Below the pieces are notes generated by a model. The model saw only the letters and a program-made list of their open reading frames with translations. It was not told the origin of the DNA and made no database searches. This document shows, piece by piece, positions 13,511 through 24,062 of a DNA stretch of 64,000 bases (position 1 is its first letter; each line of letters begins with the position of its first letter). The position numbers were made by a program, and so were the translations under genes. The stretch comes from Candidatus Spongiisociaceae bacterium (GTDB lineage: Bacteria; Actinomycetota; Acidimicrobiia; Spongiisociales; Spongiisociaceae). The stretch covers positions 2,880,001 to 2,944,000 of the forward strand of contig OZ253564.1 in the NCBI GenBank assembly GCA_965262915.1. Reading direction: 5' to 3'.

Positions 13511-13896
13511 CAGACAACCATCAGATCCCGCTCCGCGATCAGCGTCCCGTGCGCTTCGAACGCGGCCGGGGCATGCTCCATTGCTTCTACCCGGAATGCT
13601 TCCCACTCAACGGGGAAGGGGAACCAGTAGCCGTCCAAGTAACGACATTCGTTGAACACCCAAGCCGGTGCCGCCAGCCGGTCGTGGTAGCAGCGATGCT
13701 CGACATAGGCAGCCAAGAAAGCGTCCCAAGCTGCGCTGATCGGCTCAGGTTCTGATTCGACTAGGCCCAGCCGCTGATGCAGCGGTGTGTCCTCCCAGCG
13801 GAGACCGAACTCGTGACAGACGATCCGGATCCGCCAAATATCGTCGTCGGCCTCCCTGAGCCGTGGTACGTAATCGGCCAGAGTGGCAGGGATCAT
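13510..13896 (-). CDS. Partner of the nucleotidyltransferase (putative antitoxin; start uncertain)
   Basis: Translationally coupled to the NTase. WDAFLAAYVEH...PAW...HAPAAFEAHG pattern. Confidence 0.55.
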   Translation of the reverse strand: MIPATLADYVPRLREADDDIWRIRIVCHEFGLRWEDTPLHQRLGLVESEPEPISAAWDAFLAAYVEHRCYHDRLAAPAWVFNECRYLDGYWFPFPVEWEAFRVEAMEHAPAAFEAHGTLIAERDLMVV

Positions 13897-14292
13897 CGAG
13901 GTCAGCCTACAAAGGACGCAACACCCGACACGATCGACCTCCGGGTTTCCGACTGCAGCGGGACCGTTCAGCGTTGACACAGCGAGGTTGGGGTCGCCTG
14001 CGTGAGGGCGCTGACGAGGCCTTTTGCCTGGACATGCGGGTATAGTCGCTGGATCTACGGTCGGGAGGATTGTGTCGCGTCTTTCCTCTGGAGTACCGCC
14101 TACGGAGGGCCAGTCCGTTGCCCAGAGCAGAGAAACAACCCAGTTAGCTGGACAACCCGACGGCCCGTACCTAGACCACCGTTGACCCTCGCTAACCGTC
14201 GCATATGCACACGTTGCTGGTTTGGTTTATGCGCCACTCCGGGTCACCGACGGGTGAAACCTGGTTCTACCTGGGGAAACGTCCCCACCCTA

Positions 14293-14320
14293 GGTTGTCA
14301 TAATGTCTGTTATCGGACAC
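14293..14320 (-). other. dif-like XerC/XerD recombination site
   Basis: Minus strand GTGTCCGATAA-CAGACA-TTATGACAACC. 11-6-11 layout resembling actinobacterial dif (CCGATAA n6 TTATGTCAA). Confidence 0.65.
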
Positions 14321-14564
14321 CGTCCTGAGAACGCAGGAGGGTTCGGACCCGGTTGGTGATCTCCGCGAACGTCTGGGCCTCGACCGCGGCTGCTCGTGGA
14401 TTAGCGCGGATCTGCTCCCGGATAGCGTCGATCTCTTCGCCTGCTGTTGCCCACTCCCTGTCGGTGGCGTCGCTAGGTCCGAGTTCTGGGTTGTCGAGAA
14501 TGGCCCGCACCCTCTCCCGGTTTCGATCCCCGACTGAGTAGTCGGTCCCCTGATTCTCAGCCAT
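14310..14564 (-). CDS. Small hypothetical protein
   Basis: Strong RBS AAGGAGG before the ATG at 14564. The stop codon lies inside the dif-like site. Confidence 0.55.
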   Translation of the reverse strand: MAENQGTDYSVGDRNRERVRAILDNPELGPSDATDREWATAGEEIDAIREQIRANPRAAAVEAQTFAEITNRVRTLLRSQDGVR

Positions 14565-15121
14565 AGCCGACCTCCTTGACCCACCGAGCACCCCGCCGTC
14601 TTGTTCGTGCTTCAGTTATCGAATCCCTCTTACCTGCGGGCGATGGCTCGGCTGGTGTAGGTGCCACTCTCCGATCATGGTGCCCTCGATCTGTTTGACG
14701 ACACTCGGATGCCACTCGTTGCCCAACTGCAGTTGGTTCCATGAACCAAGTATCACAGGGCACCATGACAAGCCTCACAGGGTCACCTGACGGGCCGCTG
14801 ACGGTGAACGCCTAGACCCACGCTGAAGGTTACTGATCCTCGCCTACGGAGTGTCAGACCGCGTAACACCCCAGGTCAGCCTATAGTTCGGAGGTCACCG
14901 TCCCACAATAAGGCCCACAGTGACAACGGGATGAAAGCACGCTGTCTCCACTGGTTTGTCGGCTATCTGGATGTGGATCGTCAACGCCGGCGGGTGTAGC
15001 CGCCCGACAGCCTGTCACCCCTTCAGCCGGAATCTGTCACCTGACGCACAAGAGGATAGGGCCGCGTCAAGGGAGCGTCAGGCGAGCGGCTGCGGTACCA
15101 GGTCGTGTGTGGAGGGGTTGT

Positions 15122-16384
15122 TCAATCTACCGGTAGCGCCGCTTGGCACTGTCCGAACGACGTGTAGTCCAACCGGGGCCGGGGCGGTTCCGGGATTGGA
15201 TTGTTCGGGTTGTGGTGGGCTGCCCATTGTACTTCGGGTCGGGGATCTTGGGCTAGCTGTGCGACCACATGAGCGGGAGTGTGGGGATGGCCGGCGACAG
15301 CGACGCGTTCGTGGTGGCAGTCTGAGCGGGCTAGTTCGGTCAGCAGGTGGGCGGGCGCGGCCGGGTTGTCTCCGACCACACCGGTGCAGCATTTCAGTGA
15401 CGTGTCGCCGGCCAGTTGTTCCAGTACAGGGATCGGCGTGTTCGGGTTGTGGGCGACGGCCAGCCGAGTTGCCCAGTCGTCGGCGAATTGTCCCGCCACT
15501 TCCGCCGGGGTGTCCCAGTCTTCGGCTATTCGGTCCAGCATCTCCGTTGGGGTGTTGGGGTTCCCGGCGATGCTCTGCAGGTTGGAAACGTCGTTCGCCA
15601 ACGCGGCCAGGACCGGGATCGGTGTAGACCGGTTCCCGGCTACCGAGCGGCGTACATCGGGTTCGGGATCGGCCGCCAATCGTTCAAGTATCGACACGGA
15701 CATGCGCCCAAGTGAGCCGACCATTTGACGTATCTCAGGGTCGGGATCGTCCGACAGGCGATGCAGCACACCGGCCGGGGTATTCTTGTTGCAGGCGAGC
15801 ATGCTACGTACCCCAGGGTCGGGGTCAGCGGCCAACCGGTGCAGCACACCGGCCGGGGTATTCTGATTGGCGGCCACGTTTTCCCGTGCCGCCGGGTCCC
15901 CGGCCAGGCATTCCAGCACATCGGCCGGGGTGTTCTCGTTGTGTGCGACGTGGCTGCGTACCGCGGGTTTGGGATCGTCGGCCAGGCGGTGCAGCAACGA
16001 CACGGGGGTGTTGGGGTTGGCCGCTACGGCGGCCCGCACCCCCGGATCCGGATCGGTAGCCAGGCGTCGGAGCACACCGGCGGACGCGTTCGGGTTCCAG
16101 CCGACCCGTAGCCGCACGACGCTGCGGCTGTCGTCCGCCAGCCCGGACAGTGTGTCGGCTGCGGTGTTCGGGTTGGACGCTGCCGCGGCTCGCACGTCCT
16201 GCTCAGGGTCGGCGGCCAGACGTTCGAGGGTCACGGCCGAAGTGTTCCAGTTGTTACCCAGTTCGGTCCGGACCCCTACGTCGGGGTCGTCGACCAGGGC
16301 CTCCAGCAGACGGGGGTCCACTCGGGCCTCGCAGAGAACCCGCCTGTCCCACAAACTCAGACCAGAAAGATACTCGTCCATCAC
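15122..16384 (-). CDS. Variant leucine-rich (LRV)/HEAT-like repeat protein, paralog of 3186-4358
   Basis: Repeats LAADPDPGVRxxVAxNPNTP. C-terminal cap (LLTELA...VAxHPxTP..V..QL..DP.P.VQWAA) is shared with the paralog. Confidence 0.8.
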   Translation of the reverse strand: MMDEYLSGLSLWDRRVLCEARVDPRLLEALVDDPDVGVRTELGNNWNTSAVTLERLAADPEQDVRAAAASNPNTAADTLSGLADDSRSVVRLRVGWNPNASAGVLRRLATDPDPGVRAAVAANPNTPVSLLHRLADDPKPAVRSHVAHNENTPADVLECLAGDPAARENVAANQNTPAGVLHRLAADPDPGVRSMLACNKNTPAGVLHRLSDDPDPEIRQMVGSLGRMSVSILERLAADPEPDVRRSVAGNRSTPIPVLAALANDVSNLQSIAGNPNTPTEMLDRIAEDWDTPAEVAGQFADDWATRLAVAHNPNTPIPVLEQLAGDTSLKCCTGVVGDNPAAPAHLLTELARSDCHHERVAVAGHPHTPAHVVAQLAQDPRPEVQWAAHHNPNNPIPEPPRPRLDYTSFGQCQAALPVD

Positions 16385-16466
16385 CCCAGGCTACACCCCC
16401 CGGGAGACGTGCTGAGCGTAGGTTCTGTTACCGCACGGCTAGCGCGTTTACCCGGGCAATCCGACT

Positions 16467-16668
16467 AAGAGCATTAGCGGATAGGGACTGAGTGGGGGCT
16501 CCAGCGGTTTCTCCAGTCGATGAGTTTGCTGGTGATGATGAGGGTGATGGCTAGCTGGAGTTGGGCGTGTCGGTGGTGGGTGTGTCGGTCGGTGTTGCGG
16601 CGTAGTTGCCCGTAGTTCGAGAGCCATGAGTTGGTACGCTCGACGGTCCAGCGCATGCCGAGGGGTGT
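16467..16668 (-). mobile_element. IS5-family 3' fragment
   Basis: RWTVERTNSWLSNYGQLRRNTDR motif. Confidence 0.75.
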
Positions 16669-17740
16669 TGGAGTTCCCCCCGTGTGCTGAACACTCGGTT
16701 TATGCGGCCGTGTGATGGTAGTAGTTGTCCTCCCATTCGTTTGGTGGCTGCTGTCCGATGGTGAAGTGAAGCCGGCGGGGGTTGTACCAGGCTTCGATCC
16801 ACCAACGGATTGACAGGCGGGCCTGGTGCCGGTTGTGGTAGTCGGCCCGGTTGACGAGTTCCTTTTTGAGGGTGCCGAGGAACGACTCGGCGGCGGCGTT
16901 GTCCCAGCACACCCCGGTCCGGCCCACGGATTGGCGGATGCCATAAGCCTTACTGAGCCGGGCTGTGGCTTCGGAGGTGTATTGGGAACCGCGGTCAGTG
17001 TGGAAGATCACGTCCCGTATCTGGCCGCCTCGGGTGGCGATGGCTTCGCGCAGCGCGTCGGTGGCGAGTGATGCTTTGAGGTGTGGGGCCATTGAGATCC
17101 CGACTACGCGGCGCGACGCCAGGTCCAGGACGAACGCCAGGTAGAGGAATCCTTGGCGGGTTCTGATGTAGCTGATATCGCCTACCCATGCCGTATCCGG
17201 GCGGGCGGCTCCGAAGTCGCCCTCCAGCAGGTCAGGGAGCCGATGAGCGCTGTCCGCTGTGGTCGTGACACGCCTCTTGCGGGGAACGAAACCTGCCATA
17301 TCATGGCACTTCATGAGCCGTTCCACCCGCTTGTGGTTCACCACCCGACCCCGCCTACGCAGCTCGGCGGACACCCTGGGCGAACCATAAGTCCCGGCCG
17401 ACTCAGCCCATATAGACCGGATCTCGGCGACCAGGGCAGCCTCGGCCAGCTGGACCGGACTCGGCTGGGGCCGCTGCTTGTGGGCGTAGTAAGCCGAGGG
17501 GGAAACCCCCACGACCGAACAGATCAGCCTCACCGGGAACCCTTCGGCCCTCTGGGCATCGACGAAGCGATACAGCGTCACACCTTCGACTCCCTCACCC
17601 AGAAGGCCACAGCTCGTCTTTTCGAGCTCACGCTCCATCCGCAGCCGGGCGTTCTCCCGCTCGAGTTCGCGGAGCCGTTCCCGCTCATCGCTGCTCAGCC
17701 CTTCCCGCTCTCCCCGGTTGATCTCGTCCTGGCGCACCCA
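16669..17740 (-). mobile_element. IS3-family element B, 5'-truncated inverted copy
   Basis: Matches 7140-7897 joined to 9355-9667, without the IS30. Confidence 0.9.
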
Positions 17741-17897
17741 CGAAGGAACCGACACACACACCAACACCACAGCCACCAACAAAACCATCGACCACCACCC
17801 CCGCGAAACCACCCCGGCCGCCACTACCACCAACCCGCCAACCGGCCCGACCACACGCCCACCAACACCACACCATCGAACCTTCCACAGGCCATTG

Positions 17898-18821
17898 TCA
17901 ACCCTCCCGACCCTGCGGCAGGTAACGACGGCCCGGGTCATGCTCAGCGGTAAGAGCCGCTACCGCCCCGATAACCGGCCGAACATACCGGTCCAGGCTG
18001 CGCAGACTCCGATGCCGGCTCTTCGCCTTCAACAACGGAGCCCCCACCCCCGCCTCACCCAGATGAGTCAGCGCCGAGTGACGCAACTGATGCAGCGTCC
18101 AGCCCGACGCTTTGCGGAACAGCGCCCACGCCTGCTGATACGACAGGCGTCCCCGACCGGTATCAGGACACAGATCAGAAAGAGCTGGCGCCTGGTTGGG
18201 TCGGCGGTGGGTGACGAACACAGGGCCCTGCTGCCGGCCACCCAGATAGCGGGGTAGGAGGCGGGCGGTACCCGATGCCCACACCACTTCTTGGCGGTGG
18301 CCGCCCTTGCCCCTGACCGCAGCCCTCCTGGCCCCGAGGTCGAGGTCCTCGATGTTGAGGGCGAGTATCTCGTTGGCCCGGGCCGCTGTCTCGTACAGCA
18401 TCCTCCACAGTGTCTTCTCCCGCACATGGACATCCGGCCGGGTCCACAGGGCGTGGAGCTGTTCGTAGCGGATCGGTGCAACTTCGTCCCGGGGCTGGGG
18501 GCGGCGTTCGATCCCCGCTAACGGATCCTCGGTAATCCAACCCTGCGCCCGTACCCAGCGGCGGAACGACCCCACAGCGGTGAGACGGTTGTTCCACGTC
18601 GCAGCCGAAGCGTCACCTCAGCGGTCCTCGAGAACGCGCCGTACCCGCTCGGCGGTGAACTCATCAAGAGCCAGGTCAGCGTCGAGGTCCCCGACCACAG
18701 TCCTGAGAGTGTGGGCGTAACTGCGGCGTCCGTTAGGCGACAGCGGTTTGGCCGCCAGGAACTGCTCGACAGCACGTCCGAGGGAGGGGACACGATGCGG
18801 GAGGGCCAGGACTTCGGGCAT
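17898..18821 (-). pseudogene. XerD/TnpI-like tyrosine recombinase with an internal TGA at 18618-18620
   Basis: ORFs 18618-18821 and 17898-18575 share a frame across the stop (EDR*GDASAATWNNR). Catalytic motifs ARANE, GKG, HQLRH and RH...RY. Confidence 0.8.
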
Positions 18822-18832
18822 CGTATCAGCCG

Positions 18833-18943
18833 TTACCAGAGATATCCGACAGGGTTCACGAGTGTGGAGGCTACCCGCTCCCCCAGCTTGTTCGTGGTTT
18901 CGTTCTGCTGTTACCAGAGATACTCCGCCAATATCTCTCGTAA
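18833..18943. promoter_or_regulatory. Putative tyrosine-recombinase crossover site plus accessory repeat
   Basis: TTACCAGAGATA-ctccgcca-ATATCTCTCGTAA inverted pair at 18911-18943. Direct copy TTACCAGAGATAT at 18833-18845. Confidence 0.6.
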
Positions 18944-19181
18944 GGCACAGGCGCAGCTCTCCTGACCCTTCCGGTAGGGGTTTATGTCGGATGGTGCCCG
19001 GATGTCGGGTGTCCGTATCCGTTGCTGACAGCCCCGATGTGGCGGGTCTGGTGGTCGCGCAGATGCGAAGCCGCCCCGGACCCGGGGAGAGGTTCCGAGT
19101 TCCAACGAGTACGCCGGTGCCCGCAGGTTCGCCCAGGGCCGTAACCGCCAGTTCGCCGGTCGCCTCTCGCCAGGGCTCCCG

Positions 19182-20237
19182 CTACTTGGCCGCTTCTGTG
19201 TATGCCTCGGTTAGCGCGTCCAGCAGGTCCTCGCTGATATTGCGGGTTGTGTTTCCCTGACCGACCGTGGTCCCTGCCAGATCCTCGATCCGGTCGATGA
19301 AGCCGGGCGCTCTCTTCTCGAAGACGCTGCGCCAGAACTGGAGGCTGGCGCCTCCGTCATTCCAGATGGTGACCAGACCCCTACCGCCGACAACCAGACG
19401 CGGTAACAGGGTGTACCGCTTCGCTCCTACGCCTTCGTAGGTCGAGAGGTTGACGAAGCCACTCCGCTCGAGGCCGCGAGCCCACTGCAGCATCCGGCCC
19501 AGCGACTCGCGAGTCTCCAGAGGCGCTCGGCTGATCGTGGCCTCAAATCTGTCGCTGCCGGGATAGAGAGTGCCGGATTCCTTGCGGCGTGTCTTCTCCA
19601 CGGTCACCTCGTGCCGCTCGGGTGTCACACGCTGGGGGAGCACGACGGACATACCGCCGACGTTGAAGGAGTTGACAGCGACCAGGTCGATGACCAGCTT
19701 GTCGGTTACGTGCTCGAGGTAAGCCACCAGTGTCATCAACTCCGGTGGCACAGCGTCAAGCACGAACACGAGCCGGAAGCGGCCCTCGCCAAGGTGCTCG
19801 TCAAGGGCCGCCGTGAACTCGTCAGCGTCGAACGCATCCTCCTGAACCGACCGCACCGCGGCCACGAGCGACTCGTGGCCGCGCTTCGCCAAGCCGTCAC
19901 CGAAGCGGTCCTCCAACTGTTCTCGGGTCGTGCCGTGAAGGCTCGCCGCGTAGGACAGGATCTGAGCTACAACAGCGCGACGGGCTTCGTTGTTCTCAGC
20001 GAGCTTGACTTCGATGATGACCGGACGGCCCGACGTCTCCACCCCCACAAGATCGGCGTAGCCCGACCCCAGCGGCACCTCCCTACCCAGGATCAGCAGC
20101 GGCGGCGCCCCCGACAGCGGCAGCATCTCCGGTGTCTTCTCGATCAGGTGGTGCAGGGTCGCCTCGTCGGGGAACCCCTCGGGCCGGCTCAGCGTCCAGC
20201 CCTCATCGTTCTGCGTCCAGACACCCGAGATCGTCAT
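19182..20237 (-). CDS. PD-(D/E)xK endonuclease, NucS/DUF91-like N-terminal domain
   Basis: EATLH...LGREV...ADLVG...VIIEVK...VVAQILSYA. Confidence 0.7.
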   Translation of the reverse strand: MTISGVWTQNDEGWTLSRPEGFPDEATLHHLIEKTPEMLPLSGAPPLLILGREVPLGSGYADLVGVETSGRPVIIEVKLAENNEARRAVVAQILSYAASLHGTTREQLEDRFGDGLAKRGHESLVAAVRSVQEDAFDADEFTAALDEHLGEGRFRLVFVLDAVPPELMTLVAYLEHVTDKLVIDLVAVNSFNVGGMSVVLPQRVTPERHEVTVEKTRRKESGTLYPGSDRFEATISRAPLETRESLGRMLQWARGLERSGFVNLSTYEGVGAKRYTLLPRLVVGGRGLVTIWNDGGASLQFWRSVFEKRAPGFIDRIEDLAGTTVGQGNTTRNISEDLLDALTEAYTEAAK

Positions 20238-20419
20238 TTCTGCTCCTGGTTCCTCCCACGAAGGCTACTGCCCCCAGATCGGGTCTCCCCATCCTGAGCC
20301 GTAGCCGACCAACCGAGCCAATGCTGGCGTCAGTGCGCCGGAGCCAGGTTGACCGTGACCGTCATGTCGAGGGCTGCTGCGGCCTTGTAGAGCGTCGTGA
20401 GCGTCGCGCTCGTGCCGCC

Positions 20420-20803
20420 GGAGGACGGGTGGTTCGAGTCCCAGAGCACACCGAAGCCCTGGAGAGGGTCGTCCTCGGGACGTTCACAACCGTCGGGCCC
20501 TGCAAACCGAAGCTGAACCGTCCGCCTACAGCAGCAGCACTGGCGATCGTCGCCAACATCGGAGCGACCCGAAGCAGCGAGCCGTGATCGATCTTGGGGT
20601 CTACCAGCGTCACATCGACCAACAGAACCAGGGTCGGAGGCGCCGATGAGCAAAGACTCTGTCTACCAACAGCTGAGGGGTCATCTCGCCTACCTCAACC
20701 TGGCAGCAGCAGCCGAAGCGCTGCCCGCCCACCTTGACCAAGCCCGCCGAGGTGGTATCGGTCATACCGAGTTCCTCGAGGGGCTGCTCCGGGTCGAGGT
20801 CGT
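20420..20803 (+). mobile_element. IS21-family remnant (istA C-terminus / istB N-terminus)
   Basis: LERVVLGTFTT..PCKPKLNRPP is istA-like. MSKDSVYQQLRGHLAYLNLAAAAEALP is istB-like. Confidence 0.65.
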
Positions 20804-21055
20804 CCCTAACGCCGGCGGACCGGCTGTATGTTGAAATACGGAATGCGAAGCGGACAGAACGGGCATTCGGATTGTTGACGGTCGGATGTCACAACACAAG
20901 CGTCGCCGTGCAACTACTGAACAGGGCCTCAGCCCTAGGCGGCAAGCTGTGTAGGTGGCTGTTCCCGAAGCGACGCCAGGACACATACCCAAGTGTCGAG
21001 ACCCTTGCGATGTTTTCGATTTGGGGTATCGTAAGTGTTTGAGGAGGAGCACACC

Positions 21056-21520
21056 ATGACCGCGTTGACGCTTGAACGTACCGTTCTGCCCCCCGAGGAG
21101 TCGCTCGACAAGCTGGTCGCTCTGCTCGGTCCGATAGGCGCTGAGCCGACAGCGACGGTGTCCGGCTCCAACGGCGAACATATGGTGTTGCCCCCTGAGG
21201 TCTTCGCTGTGCTACGCGATGTTGTCGAAGCAATGGCCCACGGCCAGGCGGTCACGATTGTTCCCGTGCATCAGCGTCTCACAACCCAGGAAGCAGCCGA
21301 CCTGTTGGGTATCAGCCGACCGACGGTCGTGAAGCTTCTCGAGTCAGGCGAGATAGCGTTTGAGCGGCCGGGCCATCACCGTCGTGTTCGCCTCGCCGAT
21401 GTGCTCGCCTACCGCCAGCACCGCTCAACCCAGCGTCGGGACTCCCTCGATCGGATGGTCGAGATCGCCGACGAAGGCGGAATGTACGAACGGACCGCAA
21501 CACCCAAACGAACTCGCTGA
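21056..21520 (+). CDS. Excisionase-like HTH DNA-binding protein (putative antitoxin)
   Basis: LTTQEAADLLGISRPTVVKLLESGEI...HRRVRLADVLAY. RBS GAGGAGG. Confidence 0.85.
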   Translation: MTALTLERTVLPPEESLDKLVALLGPIGAEPTATVSGSNGEHMVLPPEVFAVLRDVVEAMAHGQAVTIVPVHQRLTTQEAADLLGISRPTVVKLLESGEIAFERPGHHRRVRLADVLAYRQHRSTQRRDSLDRMVEIADEGGMYERTATPKRTR

Positions 21521-21529
21521 GCAACGCCG

Positions 21530-22081
21530 GTGCCGTGCGCGGTCGTCCTCGACACGTGCGTGCTGTACCCGGCCCACCTACGCGACACGCTTCTGCGACT
21601 CGCCGAACGCGGTCTATACCAGGCGTTGTGGTCCGCTGACATCCTCACCGAACTCCACCGGAACCTCGTGGAGGTAGGGATCCGCAGCGACACCGTCGAC
21701 TATCTCCACGCCGAGATGCAAGGCGCCTTCCCCCAAGCTGAGGTCACCGGCTACCACACTGCCATGCACTCGATGACCTGCGACCCCAAAGACCGCCACG
21801 TCCTCGCCGCGGCGGTCCGTTCCGACGCCGCCGCCATCGTAACCTTCAACGTGGCGGATTTCCCTGCCCCCAGCGTCGACCCCTACAAGATCGACGTTAT
21901 CCACCCAGCAGACTTCCTCCTAGACCTACTCGATCTGGCTCCCTCCATCGTGATCACCGAACTCAACAGCCAAGCAACCGCCAACCGGCGAGCTCCCAAA
22001 ACGCTGAACGGTCTGCTCGAAGCCCTCGGCAGGGCGGGGGTGCCTTCGTTCACTGACCAGGCCCGCCGCCAGACCGGGTGA
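21530..22081 (+). CDS. PIN-domain protein (putative toxin)
   Basis: VLDTCVLY...WSADILTEL...DPKDRHVLAAAV...IVTFNVADF. Confidence 0.85.
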   Translation: MPCAVVLDTCVLYPAHLRDTLLRLAERGLYQALWSADILTELHRNLVEVGIRSDTVDYLHAEMQGAFPQAEVTGYHTAMHSMTCDPKDRHVLAAAVRSDAAAIVTFNVADFPAPSVDPYKIDVIHPADFLLDLLDLAPSIVITELNSQATANRRAPKTLNGLLEALGRAGVPSFTDQARRQTG

Positions 22082-22399
22082 CCAACCAACAGCGCGACAC
22101 CAACCACCCCAGCCATACCATTACCCACCGAGCTCCCCCATCATCGAACTCGGCCTGGCAGCCACCCGTGCCACGTGCCCCGGAGCTGCCCGGACCGACA
22201 CCTCCCGGTTTAGCCCCCAGAGGACCTCTACCGCACAGACCAGGTAGAAGCGGCCTCGCTGCGATTCGTCGACGAAGGCGTGGACGGTCATTGCGACGTA
22301 CTGGTGGCTGTACTGATCCGTCCCCGGGGACCGAACGGCGGGTTGAGGGTGTAACGGTTCTCCCAGGAAATACCCTCGGGTGCAAGCGGCGCCTCGTGG

Positions 22400-23140
22400 C
22401 GCTTGCACATCGGTCACCCACAGGCGGTCCGGCTCGTTGTTGACGATCGACCAGGCCCGCCGGCGTGTCGACGGGGCGGATCAGCCGTCTGCAGCCTCGG
22501 CTCCCACTGAGGCCGGCCCGGCGCATGAGCATCGCCACCGCGTTATGCCCCACCGTGATCCCATAACCCAACCTCAGTTCCGGATGGACCCGCAGGGCGC
22601 CGTAGGTACCGCGTGACTGTTGATGGACCTGGTGGATGAGGTCGGTTAACGACACATGGCGGATGGCCCGGACCGAAGGCGGTCGGGGTCCTCCAAGCTT
22701 AGAACCCCGACTCCGACACCCCCAGCACCCGACAAGCCACCCGGGCGGGCAGCCCCTCGGTTCTCATGGTCTGGATCGCTTCGAACCGTCTCCTGCGGAC
22801 ACCACCTGTGCTCACAGCAACTCGTTGGCTCGCCTCGTCACGGCCAACTCCGTTTCCAACTCGGCAATCCGGCGACGCGCCGCCCACAGTTCCCCTTGTT
22901 CCGCCGAGGTCGCACCGGGCTTCAGGCCACGGTCAACAGCGTCCTGGCGTCGCCAGTTGTAAATCGTCTGATCCGACACACCAAGATCAGCAGACAAGGA
23001 CGCCACCGACCTGCCAGCCGCTAACAGACCCAAGGATCCTGCGACGGAACTCGGGTGGGTATCGATACGGCATGAAGACCTCTCCTTTGCGGGTCAGCAC
23101 ACCACTAATTCAAATATCCCGACTCCACGAAACTGGGTAA
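22400..23140 (-). mobile_element. Degenerate IS3-family element
   Basis: orfA-like LGVSDQTIYNWRRQDAVDRGLKPG. orfB-like SRGTYGALRVH.EL...MRRAGL. Frameshifted. Confidence 0.7.
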
Positions 23141-23273
23141 CCATCAGCTGTCTTCCCAGATCGTTTGGATAATGCATTTGCCTGATGGGTCGTCGAGTAG
23201 TCTCCTAATACTGAAGTTCCGTACGTCTCCTCCCCACCGGGTCCGGATCAGAGCCGTCGAGGATACGCACCAG

Positions 23274-23760
23274 TCAAACTGCCATCACCCAACGCTGCAC
23301 CGCATCCGTCGGGCAGAACCTGGCGGGTGCGCACTCGGTGCCCACAAACACCCCGTCAGCCGCAAGAGCGCTGATCGCTGTTTCATGAACAGAGCCCTCC
23401 ACGTCCGTGTAGACACCCGAGTCCCCATCGACGGTGGCCGGTGGCGCCGTCGTGGGCGTAGTCGCCGGTCCGGTCGCGGCTGATCCTCCTCCTACTTCCT
23501 CGATCAGCCATCCCCCACCAGACTGCCTAGAAGCCACAAACGTGTACTCCACCCCATTCACCGACGCAGCCCTAAGCTCGATACGCTGCCCCGACGTGAA
23601 AAACAACAGGCGGCCAGAACCAGAATCGTCTACCGGAACTCCACGTCGCTACCCGGATACCTACACGAGCCGCCCGGCTCCACCACCAACCCCACATAAC
23701 AATCACCACTCCCCTGCGCCAACACGCCAACCGCTACCACAACAGAAGCCACAACCGCCA
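23274..23760 (-). pseudogene. Secreted protein remnant ending in an SLH-like domain
   Basis: Hydrophobic N-terminal segment, Thr/Pro linker, then YTDVEGSVHETAISALAADGVF.G...FCP.DAVQRWVMAV*. Frameshifted and truncated. Confidence 0.55.
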
Positions 23761-24062
23761 ACACAACCCCAACAACCCTGAACGGTCCCCGCCCCGTCCC
23801 CAGTCGTGACCCTCGAATCGACCCCGGCTCCCGCCGATAACTTCTACCAGACCGGCGGGAACGAAGCCCCACCCCGCCCAGATCGTTCCGACCTCCTATA
23901 ACCACAAGAACTCCGTTTCCTCTCTGAACCCGGTGCGGTTCACTCCGCGAGCGCCCGTGAACACACAAACCTCCGTTCCGGGCCACAAGCTGACCGCAGA
24001 CGTGAGATCCGAGGCGATGTAGCGGAAACCGTCCACCAAACGCATCGCCAGCGGCTTTCGGG

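Noticed and set aside
17741-17897. C/A-rich low-complexity stretch read as the N-terminus of the 413-aa ORF
   Set aside because: It is fused only by truncation of the IS3 copy. Its origin cannot be assigned.
18965-18992. Second dif-like site (CCGGTAG...TTATGTC)
   Set aside because: The spacer is 4 bp rather than 6 bp and the arms match poorly.
22230-22300. DUF3800-like start (HAFVDESQR)
   Set aside because: Too short and disrupted to call as a gene.
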